A DNA stretch of 60,795 nt, taken from assembly GCA_015680685.1 (NCBI GenBank), contig MNCI01001105.1:3213-64007 (forward strand), given 5' to 3'. The notes under the pieces are model-generated. The model was not told where the DNA came from, searched no databases, and was given only the letters and a program-made list of their open reading frames with translations. A program made the translations under genes and the position numbers. The stretch comes from Gnetum montanum (lineage: Eukaryota; Plantae; Gnetophyta). Positions 1 through 12,815 of this stretch are shown here, piece by piece (within the stretch, counting starts at the first letter, position 1; the number at the start of each line of letters is the position of its first letter).

Positions 1-1117
1 GTAAAAGAATACCTTCTGCGCGGTGAAACGCCACAACATTTAACCAACGCGCAAAAGGATGTAGTACGCAAGCGTTCTAAGCAATACACAGTAATAGGGG
101 ATACATTGTGCCGCTGATCCTATGAAGGCATACTGCTAACATGCGTCAACAACACCGAGGTCCAAACATTTCTTGAACAGGTGCACGACGGAATATGCGG
201 GGGACACATCGCACCGAAGCCAATGGCAACCATAATAAGACGCCTAGGCTACTATTGGCCGCACATGGAATACGACTGTCAGTCCAAGGTCAAAACATGT
301 AGTGTATGCCAAAAACACGGTAATCTCATCCACATTCCACCAAACGAGTTGCACACAACACAAATCACATGGCCCTTCCAGAAGTGGGGACTGGACCTCA
401 TAGGCCCGATAACACCTACATCTTCTGCCGGGCATAGCTTTATTATAACAGCGACTGAATACTTTACGAAATGGGTAGAGGCAGCGCCCCTTCATAAAAC
501 TACTTCTAAACAGGTATGCAACTTCATCCTCGAAAACATTGTAACCCGTTTTGGCATTCCCATGGCAATCATCACCGACAACGGGCCACAATTTAGTAGC
601 GTCGAGACCAAAATGTTTTGCGATAGCCTAGGGATCAAGCACTCGTTTTCATCCCCTTACTACCCTCAGAGCAACGAGCAGGCAGAATCAACAAATAAGA
701 CAATCATCACAGTACTCAAAAAGATGCTTGTCCAGAGCAAATGAAGATGGCACGAACAACTGGTGTATGCGTTATGGGCATACCATACCACGCACCTGAC
801 CTCGACAGGTAAAACTCCATATAGTCTTGTTTATGGTTCAGAAGCTGTTTTACCTTTAGAATTGCAGGTACCATCTCTGAGGATCACGCTCTCTGGACTC
901 CTCGACGACGAGCAAAACAATGATTTACGCATCATTGACCTGGACTCGGTGGAGGAGGAACGCGTGCGTGCACTCGATCAGATTGAATGGTATCAGAAAC
1001 AACAACGGCAACGACATCGACATGACATTCATAAGCGTCCCATCAAAGAAGGAGACCTAGTACTTAAAGCTGTTCGGGAACACCCAGATAAATTCTCAGT
1101 CAACTGGGAAGGGCCTT
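1..1117 (+). pseudogene. Ty3/gypsy (Tat-like) retrotransposon integrase, disrupted by in-frame stops and truncated by an assembly gap
   Basis: H2C2 zinc motif (HDGICGGH...YYWPHM...CSVCQKH), rve core (WPFQKWGLDLIGP, ITATEYFTKWVEA, IITDNG, SSPYYPQSNEQAE), then TPYSLVYGSEAVLPLE and KFSVNWEGP. TGA stops at 116-118 and 742-744. Confidence 0.92.
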
Positions 1118-1730
1118 NNNNNNNNNNNNNNNNNNNNNNNNNNNNNNNNNNNNNNNNNNNNNNNNNNNNNNNNNNNNNNNNNNNNNNNNNNNNNNNNNNN
1201 NNNNNNNNNNNNNNNNNNNNNNNNNNNNNNNNNNNNNNNNNNNNNNNNNNNNNNNNNNNNNNNNNNNNNNNNNNNNNNNNNNNNNNNNNNNNNNNNNNNN
1301 NNNNNNNNNNNNNNNNNNNNNNNNNNNNNNNNNNNNNNNNNNNNNNNNNNNNNNNNNNNNNNNNNNNNNNNNNNNNNNNNNNNNNNNNNNNNNNNNNNNN
1401 NNNNNNNNNNNNNNNNNNNNNNNNNNNNNNNNNNNNNNNNNNNNNNNNNNNNNNNNNNNNNNNNNNNNNNNNNNNNNNNNNNNNNNNNNNNNNNNNNNNN
1501 NNNNNNNNNNNNNNNNNNNNNNNNNNNNNNNNNNNNNNNNNNNNNNNNNNNNNNNNNNNNNNNNNNNNNNNNNNNNNNNNNNNNNNNNNNNNNNNNNNNN
1601 NNNNNNNNNNNNNNNNNNNNNNNNNNNNNNNNNNNNNNNNNNNNNNNNNNNNNNNNNNNNNNNNNNNNNNNNNNNNNNNNNNNNNNNNNNNNNNNNNNNN
1701 NNNNNNNNNNNNNNNNNNNNNNNNNNNNNN
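1118..1730. other. Assembly gap (N run)
   Basis: Run of N bases. Confidence 1.
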
Positions 1731-2071
1731 TGATACCACAGAACAGTCCTAGAATCACGACTGTAAACTGATACCACAGAACAGTCCTGGAATCACGACT
1801 ATAAACTGATAGCACAAAACAGTCCTGGAATCATGACTATAAACTGATACCATAGAACAGTCTTGGAATCATGACTACAAACTGATACCACAGAACAGTC
1901 CTGGAATCACGACTATAAACTGATACCACAGAACAGTCCTGGAATCACGACTGTAAACTGAAACCACAGAACAGTCCTGGAATCACGACTATAAACTGAT
2001 ACCACAGAACAGTCCTGGAATCATGACTATAAACTGATACCACAGAATAGTCCTGAGTTACAACTTAAAAC
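1731..2071 (+). repeat. 38-bp tandem repeat array (at least 9 copies) in the retrotransposon 3' region; degenerate copies continue to ~2245
   Basis: Unit TGATACCACAGAACAGTCCTGGAATCACGACTATAAAC starts at 1731, 1769, 1807, 1845, 1883, 1921, 1959, 1997 and 2035. Confidence 0.95.
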
Positions 2072-2245
2072 TGACATCATCATTGTCCTGGTATATGACA
2101 ATAAACAGATACCCTGCAATGTTCGCAAATGACGATAAACTAGCACCCCTCTGGCATGATAGTAAAATGGCACCGTCAGACTCCTCAGAGTCCGCTAAGA
2201 CTATAAACTAGCTCGCCTCTGTATAGTCAGCTAAGACTCAAAACT

Positions 2246-2758
2246 NNNNNNNNNNNNNNNNNNNNNNNNNNNNNNNNNNNNNNNNNNNNNNNNNNNNNNN
2301 NNNNNNNNNNNNNNNNNNNNNNNNNNNNNNNNNNNNNNNNNNNNNNNNNNNNNNNNNNNNNNNNNNNNNNNNNNNNNNNNNNNNNNNNNNNNNNNNNNNN
2401 NNNNNNNNNNNNNNNNNNNNNNNNNNNNNNNNNNNNNNNNNNNNNNNNNNNNNNNNNNNNNNNNNNNNNNNNNNNNNNNNNNNNNNNNNNNNNNNNNNNN
2501 NNNNNNNNNNNNNNNNNNNNNNNNNNNNNNNNNNNNNNNNNNNNNNNNNNNNNNNNNNNNNNNNNNNNNNNNNNNNNNNNNNNNNNNNNNNNNNNNNNNN
2601 NNNNNNNNNNNNNNNNNNNNNNNNNNNNNNNNNNNNNNNNNNNNNNNNNNNNNNNNNNNNNNNNNNNNNNNNNNNNNNNNNNNNNNNNNNNNNNNNNNNN
2701 NNNNNNNNNNNNNNNNNNNNNNNNNNNNNNNNNNNNNNNNNNNNNNNNNNNNNNNNNC
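2246..2758. other. Assembly gap (N run)
   Basis: Run of N bases. Confidence 1.
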
Positions 2759-2909
2759 CTTTCAATACCATCCACCACCGAGCATGGTACAATGATGTTT
2801 GGTCAGGTGACAAAGGATAGAGCTTTTGTCAAGTTGCTTGTGGTATTTTGCGCTTCTTTGCCGACGCTTCTCGGGTCGATTCCTCTAAGCGTCAACAAAG
2901 AGGGGCCAA

Positions 2910-4251
2910 TGAAACACCACAAAAATCTGTGAGTTTAGCATTTGTCCGACAAGAAGCAGATCCCCATGACTCACAGGCCAATCTTGGAAGTCGAAACATC
3001 TGGTTAAGTGTTGTGCCAGCGTTCACGCCCAGCGTCTACGCCCAGCGTCTATGCCCAACGTTCACGCCCAACATCTACGCTCGGCGTCTACGCCCAGCTC
3101 TCCAGCATTCACGCCCCGGTACGGTAAAGGCACACGCTCGACGACAGGATTTCCAATGGCAACATGAAGATTACACCAAAGAGCAAGGATTGAAGCAAGT
3201 GGACATCCTTCGGTGTATACGCCGGCGTATACGCCCAACAATCACCAGCGTATACGCCCCAGCGTATACGCCAGTATCTATCCGTCTACGCTCAGCGTAT
3301 ACGCCGGTCTGTTGTATAATGTATACGTCTGGCGTATATCATGTTTCTAAATTGTAACACCTGGTCTATACGCCACGTGTCTCCCCGTCCGCTCTTCCCG
3401 GTAACCCTACCCCTATAAATAGCCCAGTTTTCCACATTTACCGGGCCTCGGCGGAAATTTACCAAAGCCGACCCAGAGCAATTACGCTGCTGAAACCCTC
3501 TTACACTTATGCTTACGCTGGAAGCCCTGCATGCTGCACACTGAGCAAAGTCCGCGCTTTGCCTACCGTGTCAGCCGCCTGCATCCCTCCATCCACCGGG
3601 GCTTTACGTCCGCCTTGTGTCCCTACACAACTGCGTTAGACCGGTGCACAACATTTTAACTCTATAATCCATTGTTTACGCTTGCTGCAAGTCCTTTTAC
3701 AGTTTTATGTTAATTTGGCCCGTGCCTCGGTTACGGCCATTTGCGTTCGCGCTCCGCGCTCTGTTTGCGTTCGTGGACGCCTGCTGTTTACGCTTGGTTC
3801 AAGTTTTACAGTTTTACGTCAATTTGGCCCACGCTCCGCTTATGCCTGCTTGCATTTACGCTCCGGCAGCGTCCGTTTACGCCCACTGTTTACGCTGTTT
3901 GCATTTGTTTACGCCCTTTGTATTCGGTTACGCTATTCACGCCTATATACGCTTACGCCAGGTCTAGTTCTGTTTACGCTGTTCACGCCCAACGTTGTTT
4001 ACGCCCCTCTACGCTTACGCCGTCTGCGCCTGTTTTGCCCTTTACGCCCTGGTCTACATATAACCCAGCGTATAACACCTCGGTGGCGCTCGGGGAAGTC
4101 CTTGTTTGATCTGCGTGCAGACCATTCAAGGCACTCTGCCTTCGTCCACTCCAGCTCGCCCTCAAGCGGAGGCAGGGTCAACTGTGCTTGCCCGCTGATC
4201 TTTCGGTGCCCGCAACGTTCCAGCCTCGCACCGACGATTTCGGTCGGCACA
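2910..4251 (+). mobile_element. Probable 3' LTR of the Tat-like gypsy element
   Basis: Preceded by the purine tract AAAGAGGGGCCAA (2897-2909). Begins TG (2910) and ends CA (4251), with TATA-like CCTATAAAT at ~3412. GC/CpG content drops abruptly after 4251. The partner LTR is outside the window. Confidence 0.7.
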
Positions 4252-4399
4252 AAAGGTTTAGTCATACAATTCAATCCCACTTAATGTTGATAACTTGTAT
4301 GTGTCCACCGATAATTATTTCTTGATCAGAAATGGACTAGTTCATATTGTCAAAAATCTATTTGGCTTCTTTATATTCCATAATAATATAAGATCATCG

Positions 4400-6274
4400 A
4401 CTTTAAAAGTTGTTTTCAAAGCATTTCTATTGAACCAACTTTTGACTGAAGAAGCATTCTTTAATAAATTATCACTAGCTCTATCCATTGTAACTTCTCT
4501 TTTGATAAGAAAGGTCATGAAACTTTGATCTTTATCAATTTTTTCACTATAATTTTACACAAAACATGAGGGTAAACTTATAATCTTGTTCGTAATTCTA
4601 GTGGGTAAACCATAGACTATGTTATAAGTTGATGTTCCAATAGCCTTTCTAAACCTAATATAGTTGGTCCATAATGCATATTGTAAGTAATCAATCCAAT
4701 TTTCTTGATTTCCACCCACCAACTTTTTAATGTAAGAAATAAGATTTTTATTTATAGATTCAACTTAGACATTTCCTTGAGGATAATAATTTGAAGAAGA
4801 AAATAGAAAGATGGATTTTTTTGATGCCCATGTTACAAAATTCTTTAGATTGAAAAGTAGGTCCAGTAGCATATACCAACACTTTAGGTAGATCAAAATA
4901 ACTTAGAATCTAATATTCTAAGAACTTGATCATGTCTGATGTTGAACTTTTCCTTAGAGCCTTTGCTTCCAACTAATTGGTAAAGTAATTAGTAGCTGTG
5001 AGAATAAACTTATGTCCTTCTCTTGAAGGAGTAATTATGCCAACAAAATTGAAGCCCCATTGCTAAAATGGTTATCTACAATTACCAATTTTAAGGGAGC
5101 TCTAGCCTTTTTGATCTTCAATCCATGAATTTTACATTTGTGACATCTTTAAATCCTTAAAGTAATATTTTTGTACATACTATGCCAATAAAAACCATAG
5201 TGGAGTATATGTTGCATAGTAGACTTAGGGGACTCATAAAATAAATTAGAGAGATCATGGAATTGTTCTAAGATAGGACTAATTTGATCATTCTAGACAC
5301 ATTCCAACAAAATCCCTGTAAAATCCTTTTTGTATAAGATTCCATCTTTAACCACAAATTTATTTGCACTTTTGAAGAAATCTCTCATTTGACTTGCAAT
5401 TAAGTTCTTTGAATCATTTCATGTATTAAAGAATTCTAGAATTTCATCACACCAATTTCCTTCATAAGTCATAAGCACACATATTTCATTATCTTTATCC
5501 CTTAACATGGATAATCCCATTCCTTTAATGGTTTTTCATATCTCTAATGAAAACCTAAAACCTTAAAGCTCTATGAGCCATTTCCCTCCTTTCAATCTAA
5601 TTTCATTTTGAGCTAAGAATTATTTTACTATAGGTTCTATTAGCATAATATGAACTAAGAGCTTTATATGTAATTTTTGAAATGCTGAAGTGCCTTAATA
5701 ACTATGAATGCCTATTTCTCTAAATCTAAATAATTTAGCTATGAATCTTTTAGTTGATCCTTAAAAAGTCAAATTAGTTCAATTTGGCCTTCATATTTTT
5801 GAGTTAAAATAGCAGCAACTAAATCATTTGAAGCAAAAGCATATAACCAAAAGTCTTCTTTCAATTTTGGTTTTACCACATATAAAGTTTCTTGAATGGC
5901 TTTTTAATTTTTTGCTAAAGCTCTCTTTGATTATGGTGTTTTTTCTACTAGCACATCTTTCTTTAGCATATGCATCAAAGGTTTAGTAATTTGTTTGAAT
6001 CCAAGGATAAATTTCTTAACAAAATTTATCTTTCCAAAGAAAGATCTAAGAAATGTTTTACTTATAGGATGCTCGATATTCTATACTACTTGAATTCGGG
6101 AGTTATCTATAGAAATTCCTTGTTGGTAGATTGTGTGACCTAGTAAACTTATATATTTAACCTTGAAGATACATTTCTTAGGATTTAATGAAATACCATA
6201 CTCACAACATTTGTTAAAAATTTATCAAATATGACCAATATGATCTTCCTTCCTTTTTAAAAAGATAGTGATAT
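4400..6274 (-). pseudogene. Decayed Ty3/gypsy pol (RT C-half, RNase H, integrase), truncated by an LTR insertion at 6275
   Basis: Minus-strand translation gives CEYGISLNPKKCIF, LRSFFGKINFVKKFI, QWGFNFVGIITPSREGHKFILTATNYFT, SSNYYPQGN..ESINKNL and YALWT, with many stops and frameshifts. Confidence 0.85.
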
Positions 6275-6868
6275 TGTGAGAGATGTCCCAAATGGTGGTT
6301 CTCCTAGGCTCTCCTCATGGTTCAGGGCCATGGAACACTTTGCGATGTCCTCAGGTGACTCTCAAGTGTTAGAAAACCCCCCAGCTTGGTGGCACCAAGC
6401 TAGCAATAGGACACCCTCTTGGGTTAACTCTCTCTTAAGTCCACTTCATTCCACCCTCACAGTGAAGAACTACATGGCCCTGATTCTATGACGGTTGTAG
6501 ATATGTAGGTAGCCAAGACTAGATAGTTTTGGTGTAGTGACAGGCCACACCTTGTACTAGATCATGAGGGATCTTGGCGTGAGGCACCTTCCCTTGTAGG
6601 TGCATCGTTTCCCCTCCCACCGATGTTGTCTACAGGGTTGCTTGTGTGCTTGTTTGCTTGGTCCTCATTTGGAGTTGATTACCCTTCATGAGGTGCATTT
6701 CCATGCATACATGATAAGAAGCTAGGTTCCTGCTTGCACTCACTTATGAGTTGCTTGCTTGCTTGAGGGGTATTCCCCAAGTCTTCTTCCCTAGATCCAT
6801 TAGATCTTAGTGAATTCCTTTGGGTGCCAGGCAATGTTAAGGGCAATGTTGTTACAGATGGTATCAAA
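6275..6868 (+). mobile_element. 5' LTR (6275-6856) with tRNA-iMet-type primer-binding site; non-coding internal sequence follows to ~8325
   Basis: TG start interrupts the RT just after the YxDD region. Ends ...GTTACA, followed by GA-TGGTATCAAA (canonical TGGTATCAGAGC). No matching 3' LTR seen. Confidence 0.6.
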
Positions 6869-9800
6869 ATGTTTTTGAAATTGCATTGTGATATGCATGT
6901 GCTCTTTGGTTGTGTTACTCCATTGAGGTTGTTTGATTAATGGTCCTGTCGAATTGATACCTAGGTGATCTAGGATCATATCCTTATGTATTCTTTGAAG
7001 AGTTGCCTTATGGTAATGTTTTTATGCTCTTTAGGAGGGGATAGATGTTAAATTGTGAGCAATTGATGTATGTTTCTCTCCTTGAGGATGTAAACGATTG
7101 TGTTGTGTTTATGTCATCCACTTGTTTACTTGTGGTTTAACTAGTTGTGATTGTATGTGATATCGTAGAGAGAAGTTCTATTGACAACTCAAGAATTTTG
7201 TTGCTCAAGGAGCTCATCTTTGATCTCTAGTGATTGATTAGGGATGAATCGGCCCGAGTCTCCACTTCGGTTTCCACCCAGATAACATGTTTTGAGATGG
7301 CATTGGTTTAATTGTGCAGGATAGAATATCCTTGCCCTCCCACTCACCCTAGATACAGTGAGTTTAGGCAATACAAATTGGGACAAGATGGTTCCCAAGT
7401 ATCTCAGGATGGAGGGCCTTCAGACATGTGTTCTTGCTGAGCCTTGTTTTGGGTGGATTAAGACCATTGCTGGTAGAATTCGTACATTCATGCTTGCAAT
7501 TGTATGTTTTTCTATTTGTGTATGTGTGTCTTCTTGGTTGCACTTTCAAATTCTGCATACGTATTATCTTCATCATGTCTATCATTTGTAATGCAAGGCT
7601 TTGTGTTCTATGCGATATGATGACTTGTTGGTGGGATTGTTGAGGATGCATTTTGAGGCCATTTGTGCCATCCCAAAGCCAAATGTTGTTGTCTTTTTGT
7701 AATAACCTTTTGTGCATGAGTTAGGATTGCCCTTGTTGCTAATCTTTCATGAGTTGTGCTCCCTTGTTTGAGCTGGTTGTGTTTCCCTTGGGTTTGTGGC
7801 ATCACTCTTTTGATTGGTGACATTTCTTGGTCACTTTGATTCAAAGACTACTAGTGTGGGTCATCCTATTACTGGTTCTTATTGAGACCACATCTCTTTT
7901 GATGAGAGTCTTTCTTGTGGACGCATCCTCCATGATGTTGCTCATCATTGCGAGAATTGGTTTTATGTAGACCTATTGTTGGATAGACCTTGGTCTTTCA
8001 CCTTATTTTTGAGTTGAGATGATGATTCTCTATTGACCATGCTTGTTATGATTGTGTTGAGATTTTGATCCTAGTTGAAACCAGTGTTAGTGGCTGGGAA
8101 TGATTGTTGTATATGAATCTTGGAATTTTGAGAGTGTGCTAGCTCTCTCTTGGTGTGCCTCATGGTGAAATCATTTGTTTGAGTAAATATAATTGACCCA
8201 TCAAGGTTTTGCATGATTGATCTCTATGCATGTTGTTGAGGTCTTACTTTTTATGATGTTGCAAGAGCGATATTACTCTATTATGTCATCATGCTTGATG
8301 GTTGTATATGATGGAAGGATGTCTTTTCTATTTAACAATACTACTTCCTGTATAACAATAGCAATTCTATTTAACAATATCTACTTCCTGTATAACAATA
8401 GTACAGTGTGATGTGTCATAGTTGCATAGAATCTTTGTTCAAGCAAGTTGTACTTGGGCACAAGTTGTAAATAGAAATAAAGATCGAAACTATTTCCCAT
8501 CATTGCAACATTCCCTTAGTTTCTTTATGTTTACTTAGCATTATGTTTACTATTTTCTAAGCTTAACATTTACATTTCTCAAGTACTTTATTTTTACTTG
8601 CTAATAGTAAGCAGAATGGATACAACTAATTTTGAGTGTTAAGTGTGGTCATTTGGTAATCCTAGTAGTATTATCACTTGGTTTTCCTAATAGTGAAATA
8701 CTTGATAATTCCAATAACAATTACATGAGCCCAAGACATGTGTAGTAATTAGGAACAATTATGCATCACCTTAGGCTAGAATAGATTTACTTACTTGTAA
8801 TTGCTTAGACTTAACATTTACTTTCATCTTTATTATGTCTACACTTAGGAGTTATTTGGACCACACAACATCACTTACCATATGCATCATAGAGAGCTAA
8901 ACCATACATTTATACTTTACTAGCTCCATGTGGGAAGACAATGATCATGAGCTTACGTCAATTACTAAGCATAATAATATTGTCCATCCATGGATTATGA
9001 TCAGGTCACGCGTGAACACTCATGACTTGTATGGTTAGGTGTTGGATTGCTCCACCGCTCATCATTGGCACCATTGTCAAGGATATGTCGTTGTGTGATA
9101 AGTAATTCATTTCACAGAGTTCATTGTATGTAGAATTAAAAACTTAAATTTCATAATCTTGATAACACACACTCAAGTGAGCATCCTATTTAGAAACATG
9201 GCTTCAACTATAGAAAAATCACCACCTTCCAAAGAACTGAAAAGGGGCAATGACAAAACTAGTTAGGAAGAAGACTAGGATATGCCCATATAAACAAGAA
9301 TCTCATACACTCACAATGATCCTTACTATCCAGACTTTACTTTCATCTTTCTCCTAGACAAGAAAATGAGATGGAAAGGCATACAAAGCAACATAGTTCT
9401 ACCTCTCAAGCATGTAGCACTTAGCATGCTTCAAATTACCTTAAGAGGGATGAATCTAAACCATGTACATGAGGGGTACCATGTGACCAAGCACATGAAA
9501 AGACCCTACCAACCCACAAAGGCACAAGTGAAGAGAGATGCTACTATGGAAATTAAACATTTACATAACAAGGGGAAGCAAGTTAACTCTCCAATTTTCC
9601 TAAAATAACTCAATGGTGATGCATTTATTGCTGAGAAACTCCACCAAAATCATGAGGCCCATTCCCAAATGCCTATCATTCAACTTGAGGAACTTGTCAA
9701 AGTGCAATTACACTTAGCCTTAGTAGAGACACCTAGAAGGCAAGCAACAAACTCCAAGTATAAGCAGGATTTAAGGCCAAGAGGTTCTACTAGATCCCAA

Positions 9801-10049
9801 AAGGAAGAATATCTAAGTCATAGAAGGATGACTAGCTAGAATCATTCTCCTACCACTTCATCTTCATCGTCAAGATCATCAATGGACTCTAATGGAAGGA
9901 GACAAAGGTATCGACACCATGACAAGAAAGAAGAAAGGACTCATGATCATTATGATCATTTCCTAAGACATTTTGACATGAAAGATGAAGATTATGAACT
10001 AAGAAGACATAAGCATATATGTGAAGATAGAGAAAGGTATGAACATCAA

Positions 10050-12200
10050 AGGGGGCACTGCTACAATAGAGCTTACAAATGATCACCATGAAGAATCCCT
10101 ATTGGCAACCAACAACATGATCAATATCAGGGAAGTTGTCTACATACCAACCAGGCACATAAGGGATAGTCACATAAAGTGGCTAGACATGAATAACATG
10201 TCCAAATTAGAGGGTGGTTACAATGCTAATCCACAACACACCTTCAAGTATTCCATGATGCCTATGCTCTACAAAACATAGAAAGTGACTAGCAAAAATT
10301 GACGTTATTCCCAAGGACACTTTTGAAAGAAGCTAAAATCTAGTACAGATCACTGGAACTAGAATTAGTAAGGAGGTGGAGTACCATGCTGGAACTTTTT
10401 AATGATAAATATTAGACTTATTCCCAAGTGTCCAACCTTTGGAAATAGATCCAAGGATGGAAGCAAGGGATCCATAAACCCCTTAATGTAGCAATGGACT
10501 AATACAACTCACTGTTACATAGGTGCCCATGCCAAGAGTTTTCTTAATAGGAGCAACTAAGGTACATTTTCAATTGGCTAAGCAACAAGACCAAAGAGAC
10601 TCTTGGGGTTTATGCCCAAGGAAGACTATCAGAGATTTCTACCCATCAAATTTAAAGACTTATTGATCAAGTAGCGAAGGAAGAAGGCAAACTAAAGAAA
10701 AGAGAATCAACAAAGAAGTATAATAGAGATCCATCCATTCATAAAAAGGATGCAAGAGTATGTGATCCACAAGAAGAAGAAACCTTGAACTAGGTAATTG
10801 AGAAGAAGACATTGCCTATTCAAAAATCTATTACTAACATAGCAGCTAAATTAGAGAAGATGTGGGATTTAGTAGATGAAAAGTTGACAATAGCTTTAAA
10901 AATTATGGAGGAGAGAACTAAGCAAGCCTTTAACAAAGGTAAGGATAAGAAGAAGAAAAGAGATTTTGGACAAAAAGGGAAAGTAGCTTTAGTGGCTGAA
11001 TGTTTAGAAAAAAGCTCTAAGGATAAGAAAGGATGTGCAGTGTGCCAATATGAACATCCCGAGGGATACTATCATGTGATGGCACATTTACAAAAAATAG
11101 GGGCATATGCACTCGATCCCAAGTTCATCAACAAGTAAATGTTCAAATGATTACCTTACCCTCAAGGTAACTACCAGCAAGCCTTCCAACCAACATACTA
11201 CCCTAGTGGATGCTATCCACAACCACAGGAGTAGTACCACCAGTAGTGGCAGCAACTCCAATCATGGGTGATGCCACCACCATTAAAAAACTATTCATAT
11301 AGGCAACCAAACCCATATGGATACTATGTTCAACACCCAATTTCTCTAGGTAATGCAATAGTTCAAGCTCCACAATACTATCCACCCAAATACCATAGAC
11401 CTACACCACCAAGGACAAACCCTAATCCATACATGCATCCGCAAGTAGCTAGTTCACTAAGTCAACATCCAAATCCTTTACCACCAGTGCCACCACCTGT
11501 AACGTAGGGGGAGCTATCATCTAAACCACAATAGAAAAATGCAACTAGGGTAGTCAACATATAGGAGGAAGTAATCATGCATGAACCATGATCCAAGAAA
11601 TGGCTATTCTTCTAAATGAGTCAATAAAGGGTTTGAAGGATGAGGGGCACATCTACTTTAGCTCCAACCACATCTAACCCTTTGAAAAATAATGAGCTTC
11701 CATCATTGTCCAATGCTAATATGATAACTGTCCTGCTAACAAAACTAGTATCAAACTAGATAAAGGAAAGACCACTGCCAAAGAAATGAATTGATTCAGG
11801 GATTCCTTTGATTTAGTTACAAGCTCTACTAGACTCAGGCTCTAGAGTAAATATGATCTCTCAAGCAACATATAAGGCATGGAACCCACCGCCCTTGAAG
11901 AAGTGCAACATCCGGCTAGAGCTAGCAGACCAATCTATCACCATTCCTTTGAGACAGATAGGAGATGTGGTGACCACTATCAATGGGTAGTCTTATTCAG
12001 TATACTTTCTTGTGATTAATGTGAAGAATGATGATAGGGAATTTCCTATCATTATGAGGAGAGTATGGCTTAGCACAATTGATGCTAAGTTAAGCATGAG
12101 AGATTTATCAACAGAAATCCCTAAGGAGGACACAAGAGGAGCCACACACATGCAAAGGATTCCATGCATTACCAATGATAAAGAAGGGTGCAGTTGTGGA
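10050..12200 (+). pseudogene. Athila-like gag and aspartic protease remnants of element A
   Basis: Retrotrans-gag-like LTLFPRTLLKEAK, zinc motif CAVCQYEHPEG, and protease ALLDSG..VNMIS...LELADQS...FPIIMRRVWLST. Homologous to gag/protease of element B (CEICQYDHPKGC, ALLDSGFGVNLI). Confidence 0.8.
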
Positions 12201-12475
12201 CTGACACTTTAGAATGTCCACACAATACTTACATCAGCCCACAACATAAGAGAGAAACAAGTGTGTGTATGAGAAGAAACCTGAGCCACTAAACAAGAAG
12301 ACACCCAATGACCAAAAATTAAGAACCTAAAATTACCTAAAATATGCATAGAAATATCTAAATCACTTTCTATTCTAAGAGAATGACCCCAACTAAGAGC
12401 TCACAAACGAAAATATTAAACTAGAATCATACACAAGCAAATAGGGAAACTGAGGACTTGAAATTGAAATTTATG

Positions 12476-12815
12476 AATCAACAAGAGTATATAGTTGGAC
12501 CCTCTAAGATGGAAAGACCATCTAGTCCAACAAAATATATATCCTTAGATGATCTCAATTTGATTACCATCAAGATTACCTAGGAAAATAACCAAAAAAC
12601 TAAATCTTTAAGGATGGTAACTAAGAAACCTAGAGTGTATGATCCAATCAACAAGAGAGTATAGTTGGACCCTCTGAGATGGAAAGACCATCTAGTCTAA
12701 CAAAATATATATCCTCAGATGATCACAATTTGATTACCATCAAGATTACCTAGGACAATAACTGGAAAACTAAATCATTAAGGATGGTAACTAAGAAACC
12801 TAGAGTGTATGATCC
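12476..12815. repeat. 170-bp tandem duplication at the site where pol is deleted in element A
   Basis: AATCAACAAGAG...GTATGATCC at 12476-12645 and 12646-12815. Confidence 0.9.

Noticed and set aside
1731-2071. CRISPR-like appearance of the 38-bp repeats
   Set aside because: Head-to-tail units with no unique spacers and no cas genes, in a eukaryotic retrotransposon context.
763-2813. Long ORFs containing X runs
   Set aside because: Artefacts of translating through N gaps.
2848-4284. 169-aa and 200-aa ORFs
   Set aside because: They lie in the LTR and are open only because of stop-poor TACGC repeats; low-complexity translations with non-ATG starts.
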